This document shows positions 41,407 through 45,590 of a stretch of 45,590 nucleotides of DNA, in pieces (position 1 is the stretch's first letter; every line of letters starts with the position of its first letter). The notes under the pieces were generated by a model. That model searched no databases. It was not told the DNA's origin and saw only the letters and a program-made list of their open reading frames with translations. The DNA lies in the NCBI GenBank assembly GCA_947467125.1, contig CANIGN010000001.1:1-45590 (forward strand), in the 5' to 3' direction. This DNA is from Bacteriovoracaceae bacterium (GTDB taxonomy: Bacteria > Bdellovibrionota > UBA2428). The position numbers and the translations under genes were made by a program.

Positions 41407-43401
41407 TTATTTTGCCAACCAAAACTTTTCCCACTCAAAACGATCTCGACGAAGTTGAGCAGGAATATAATCAGGATCAAGAGAAAGCGCTTCTTCAATC
41501 TTTTGAAAGGAGGCTTTATATTCTCTTTTTTCTCTTAAAATAAGAGCTAAACCAAACACTGCATTTACATCGCGAGGATTACGACTTAAGGCTCCCTCAT
41601 AAAAAACAATTGCCTGATCATAAAGACCGCGTGCACGCTGAATATCCCCTGCAAAAGACCAAGGCCATGAACTTTTAATCGGTGAACCCGACAATCGAGA
41701 AAGTGTTCGAGTCACAATATCAGCCGCTCGATCCAAACGACCTGCATCTTTTTCCAAATAACTTGCAGCCATTTGAGACAAAGCAGCAGATTCATTTTGT
41801 AACTTATCAAGAACTTCTTTTGCGGAAACAGAAAGCGGATTCAACTCTAATCGAGAGAGTATCCATTCAACATATTTTCTCTGCCCCTCTGTTAAAGTAT
41901 CCGCCGCTCCATCAAGAGCGCTTCGATATCCTCGCACAACTTCATTTAAAAAAATCTGAAGAGCTAACGGCGCTCTCAGCGGAGCATCCACCATCACATC
42001 TGGGTCAAGGAGGAATGACTCTGTTAAAAGCAATGATAGCTTTGCTTTCGCTGAATCCTTGGAAGAATTTTTGAGGGCACGCATTCTCAAGCCCTGAACC
42101 CACAAATTACCTCTTGAATTTTCAAGTGCAGCTTTAAAGTTTTCTTCTGCATCCGCCCAGCGATCTTCTTCAGCAGCAATCAATCCCAACATTGCACGAG
42201 AGACCCAACAACTCTGCCCCTTACACAAACGCAAAGCTGTCGAAGCAAAATCCTTTGCCTCTTTGTAATCACGAGTTGCAAAGTAAGTCAGTGAGCGATT
42301 GATTAAAGTCGTCGAATCCGTTGGAACGATCTCCAATAATTTATCCAAAATTTTTCGAGCCTCATCTGTTTGTTGTTTCGAAAGAGCTAAAGCAGCCAAC
42401 ATATTAGAGGCCAAAACACGAGCTTCAAGCGAAGAAGATCCTGGCCCCGCTAAAACCCTTAAAAGTTTCATATCTGGCTCTGAAACAACCTTTGCTCCTT
42501 TTTCATAAGCTTCTAAAATCGGATCAAGCTTCATCAAAAGAGGAGAGCGATTTTCTTTTAAAATTTCAAAATTTTTAGCCTTGAGATACTCAGGCCATTC
42601 TTCGTTTTGTATATTTTGAGTTCCGGCATAAGGCTGCGGAGTATACCTTTGAGCACTCTTTTGAGTTTCTTGAGAAGCAGGTCCGAAATTTAAATAAACA
42701 AGAACCCCTACAAGAGAAAGCCCTACAAAAAGCCACAAATAAACTCCGGCATTTAAAAACGAAGGCGTTTTTCTCGCATGAGAAGCCTGACTTTTCTGAA
42801 CTTGTGGAACTGGACGAACGATGGTTTCAGTCGCTTCTCCTCTCTTTACAGCCTCAGCATTCACAGATGGCTTTTCATCAACCTTCGACTGAGGAGAAAC
42901 TTGAAGAGGAGACTGAACCAGATCTTCCTTGTTTACTGCTTCAGCTGATGAAGGAGCCGTTGCCGTTTGAGTTTCAGTTACAGATCCCGTTAAGGAATGC
43001 GTAACAGTAAAATCCTCAGACGCTAGCTGATCAAATGAAACTTCAGAAATAACATCACTCACAACTTTCCATGTTCCTTGTGGAATCAAAAGCTCATCAC
43101 GCTTGGTGAGAAGCTTTTCTTCGCATAAAGAAACAATCTGACTTTTTGAAAAAGGACCCAAAACAAGTCCCCCTTTAAATTCAGATTCAAGATTGGTTTT
43201 AACCTTTGTTTTACTAACAATTTTATCGAGTCTTGCGCCTGTTTTTAATTTGAGTAAAAACTTACCTTGATCAATTTCTGCTGGGACCTTCTCTCCCAAG
43301 ATCTGCTCAATAGGAAGTAAAGACCGACCCGATTGCGTGTGCGCATCCGTTTTTGTGAACTCTTTTTTTTCGCTCACGGTCTCGTCTTTTTTCTTAGTCA
43401 T
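41407..43401 (-). CDS. Single-pass membrane protein: N-terminal GYF_2-like domain, C-terminal TPRs
   Basis: LVLGPFSKSQIVSL...W motif; low-complexity linker; TM (GVYLWLFVGLSLVGVLVYL); TPRs such as AIVFYEGALSRNP and EEALSLDP. Confidence 0.72.
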   Translation of the reverse strand: MTKKKDETVSEKKEFTKTDAHTQSGRSLLPIEQILGEKVPAEIDQGKFLLKLKTGARLDKIVSKTKVKTNLESEFKGGLVLGPFSKSQIVSLCEEKLLTKRDELLIPQGTWKVVSDVISEVSFDQLASEDFTVTHSLTGSVTETQTATAPSSAEAVNKEDLVQSPLQVSPQSKVDEKPSVNAEAVKRGEATETIVRPVPQVQKSQASHARKTPSFLNAGVYLWLFVGLSLVGVLVYLNFGPASQETQKSAQRYTPQPYAGTQNIQNEEWPEYLKAKNFEILKENRSPLLMKLDPILEAYEKGAKVVSEPDMKLLRVLAGPGSSSLEARVLASNMLAALALSKQQTDEARKILDKLLEIVPTDSTTLINRSLTYFATRDYKEAKDFASTALRLCKGQSCWVSRAMLGLIAAEEDRWADAEENFKAALENSRGNLWVQGLRMRALKNSSKDSAKAKLSLLLTESFLLDPDVMVDAPLRAPLALQIFLNEVVRGYRSALDGAADTLTEGQRKYVEWILSRLELNPLSVSAKEVLDKLQNESAALSQMAASYLEKDAGRLDRAADIVTRTLSRLSGSPIKSSWPWSFAGDIQRARGLYDQAIVFYEGALSRNPRDVNAVFGLALILREKREYKASFQKIEEALSLDPDYIPAQLRRDRFEWEKFWLAK

Positions 43402-43410
43402 GCGTTTTCT

Positions 43411-44844
43411 CTAACGCCCCGACAGTAAAAAGAAAAAGTTTTTTAAATCACTATCATCAAAAGACAATCCTATTCCGCCAAAAAATGACTTTGAACGATT
43501 TGAAGTCACTTTAGCAGCAAGATCGTCATAACCTGCTTGCACAAAAATAGAATCTAAGAAGAGAAATCTTGCGAGGACTCTCACTCGAGCATTTTCATTA
43601 TCTCTTCCAAAATCAAACGCTTCAGCCGTTAAAAAAAGATGATCACGCCAAAGCTCTTGGTCAAAGCCCACTCCACCTGTGCTTTCAAACAAACCCACTC
43701 TTAAACTTGTCCTATAAATTTTACGAATAAACTGAAGGTTAAACTTAAAAGCAGTCTTATCGTAACTTTCTTCAATTGTGACAACAGGAGCTCCCCCATT
43801 AACACTTACACTCTTTTCAGTTTTTGTGAGACGACCACCCGGATCTTGAACCAATCCAAACTTATAACCGTAAGAACTACGAGGCATCATCTTCAAATCA
43901 AAGTAGGATTTAGATTTATGAGTTCCCGTTAAATAGTTCGTACTCATATCAACGGTGATCTGTGTACGTTTTGCTCTATCCAAATACTCATTGATGGAAT
44001 TAAGAGCGCGCACCAACTGATCCGCAGTTTGGGGATCATTGACGAGCTTTCCAATCGTTCCTTCACCTTTGTTTATTTTATCTGAAACATCTTTAATATT
44101 TTGAACAGCATCATGAAGCCCATGGATCGCTTCTTTTAAATCTGTTCTTGTATTTTTCTCTCCAATATCTCGAAGAATTAAATCTAAATTATCTGCAGAA
44201 CGCCTGATCGCTTTGACCGCATCGCTGATATCGCCCTTATTATCATGAATTATCTCTTTGAGATCTTTCGCAAGGACTTTCACATCTTGGCTGATATCAC
44301 CAAGCTTTCTCATAACATCATCTGCAGATGCTGTTCCCTGTCTTGAGGGAATCGTATCGCCTGACTGATACAATTCATCAGCAACGGCCATAGGCAAAAG
44401 CAAATTCAAAAAATTAAAAGAACTGGTAGAGCCCTCTGTTTTTGGTAAAAGCTTCAATCCACTTTTCTCAAGCTTTTGTCGTTCATCATCGTTTTCTGGA
44501 ATCACGATTTCTAAAAAGCGATCTCCTAAAATTCCCTGAGAACGAGGAAGAACATAAGATCCTTTTTCAATCTTATGTCCACGATCAAGAATAATTAAAA
44601 CTTTTGCTTTTCCCTCAACAAGGTCGATGTTTTTAACAACTCCCACGTTGATTCCTGAAATTTTTACCTTTGAGCTTTTAAATATCCCCGTAGCATCATT
44701 CAAAAAGACTGTGTATTCCGTACCCGGACGAAAAACAGGTGAGTCGGTGATTTTTAGGGAAAAAAGACCCACGACAAAGATGCCTAATAATACAAAAAGA
44801 CCTGATAATAATTCACGGTCATACCCGTGCGTTTGTGGCCTCAC
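43411..44844 (-). CDS. mlaD: MlaD/MCE family protein with long helical region and beta-rich C-terminus
   Basis: TM helix, DATGIFKSSKVKISGINVGVV, GILGDRFLEI, KINKGEGTIGKLVND. Confidence 0.88.
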   Translation of the reverse strand: MRPQTHGYDRELLSGLFVLLGIFVVGLFSLKITDSPVFRPGTEYTVFLNDATGIFKSSKVKISGINVGVVKNIDLVEGKAKVLIILDRGHKIEKGSYVLPRSQGILGDRFLEIVIPENDDERQKLEKSGLKLLPKTEGSTSSFNFLNLLLPMAVADELYQSGDTIPSRQGTASADDVMRKLGDISQDVKVLAKDLKEIIHDNKGDISDAVKAIRRSADNLDLILRDIGEKNTRTDLKEAIHGLHDAVQNIKDVSDKINKGEGTIGKLVNDPQTADQLVRALNSINEYLDRAKRTQITVDMSTNYLTGTHKSKSYFDLKMMPRSSYGYKFGLVQDPGGRLTKTEKSVSVNGGAPVVTIEESYDKTAFKFNLQFIRKIYRTSLRVGLFESTGGVGFDQELWRDHLFLTAEAFDFGRDNENARVRVLARFLFLDSIFVQAGYDDLAAKVTSNRSKSFFGGIGLSFDDSDLKNFFFLLSGR

Positions 44845-45590
44845 TGACGTGCTCCCTCGAAGCTTTTTCGGCTAACTCCTGCAGAGCTTAAGAACTGTTG
44901 AACAATATCGTGACGAGAATTCATTAAATCTTCGGGAGTTCCAAATTCAATAATCTTTCCCTGCCAAAGAAATGCCAAATAGTCTGAAATACGTAAAGCT
45001 GCGTGAATATCATGTGAAATCATAAAAACTGTACTCTTAAAACGTTTTGAGGTTTCGACAATTAAATCGTCAATTTTATAGGTGGTTACAGGATCCAAAC
45101 CCGTTGTGGGCTCATCACAAAGAAGAATCTCCGGATCAAGCGCCAAAGCACGAGCAAGCCCCACTCTTTTCTTCATTCCGCCTGAAAGTTCATCGGGCAT
45201 TTTAAAAAATTCATTTCGAGAAAGCTCAACGAGCGTCAATAAATCTTCAACTTTTCGCTCGATCATCTCTTCCGTCAAATAACCTTGATGCTCACGCAAA
45301 GGAAAAGCCACATTGTCATAAACATTTAAGCTATCAAAAAGAGCAACTTCCTGAAAAAGCATTCCAAAACTTTGACGGACTTCACGAAGGGCCTCACCTT
45401 TTAGATTCACCACATCGTGGCCTTTAACAAGAACATGCCCCTTATCGGGCTTCATCAAACCCAAGATATGCCTCAATAAGACAGACTTTCCCGTACCTGA
45501 GAACCCCAGCATGGTCACAATTTTTCCCTTGGGGATTTCTAGATTAAGACCGCTTAGAATCTTTCGCTCTCCAAAACTTTTCCAAACATC
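44841..45590 (-). CDS. mlaF: ABC transporter ATP-binding protein MlaF/Mkl, 5' truncated
   Basis: Frame is open to the window end (DVWKSFGERKIL...); GFSGTGKS, LSGGMKKRVGLARAL, CDEPTTGLDP, SHD. Confidence 0.92.
   Translation of the reverse strand, partial: DVWKSFGERKILSGLNLEIPKGKIVTMLGFSGTGKSVLLRHILGLMKPDKGHVLVKGHDVVNLKGEALREVRQSFGMLFQEVALFDSLNVYDNVAFPLREHQGYLTEEMIERKVEDLLTLVELSRNEFFKMPDELSGGMKKRVGLARALALDPEILLCDEPTTGLDPVTTYKIDDLIVETSKRFKSTVFMISHDIHAALRISDYLAFLWQGKIIEFGTPEDLMNSRHDIVQQFLSSAGVSRKSFEGARQ

Noticed and set aside
14..45282. Numerous 60-170 aa alternative-frame or antisense ORFs (e.g. 14-457, 17266-17604, 24047-24487, 27503-27832, 32089-32607, 41064-41252)
   Set aside because: They lie within well-supported genes and show no recognisable motifs, so they are treated as shadow ORFs.

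Overview
A gene-dense, AT-rich bacterial chromosome segment. The gene content (DUF6178, system II cytochrome c biogenesis resB/ccsB, a GYF-TPR membrane protein, Cys-paired Ig-like repeat proteins, many secreted orphans) suggests a Bdellovibrionota/Oligoflexia-like organism; this is inference, not proof. The core backbone is cytochrome c-SCO, nlpD-like/surE, rnr-ubiB-ilvE, hmgA, resB-ccsB-engB-nth-pyrD-GNAT, srkA, prfB (with its +1 programmed frameshift), ybeY, rpsT, holA-lptE, dciA and mlaF-mlaD-TPR. Four accessory blocks interrupt it: (i) three secreted orphan genes (1350-6833); (ii) an O-carbamoyltransferase-sxtJ-sxtK trio followed directly by its own carA-carB, which has eukaryote-type motifs and a carB lacking a canonical start codon (8930-15734); (iii) a secreted J-domain protein with HGD in place of HPD; (iv) two tandem ~970-aa secreted paralogs made of 5-6 two-Cys Ig-like modules plus a C-terminal ParB-like (ParBc_2-type) domain, one with intact motifs and one degenerate (24565-30479). 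Block (iv) is the best candidate for an undescribed system. Many unit-leading genes have a -10-like hexamer 6-7 nt before the start codon and no Shine-Dalgarno, suggesting widespread leaderless mRNAs. No rRNA, tRNA, CRISPR array or transposase was seen. All family calls come from motif recognition by eye; no searches were run.
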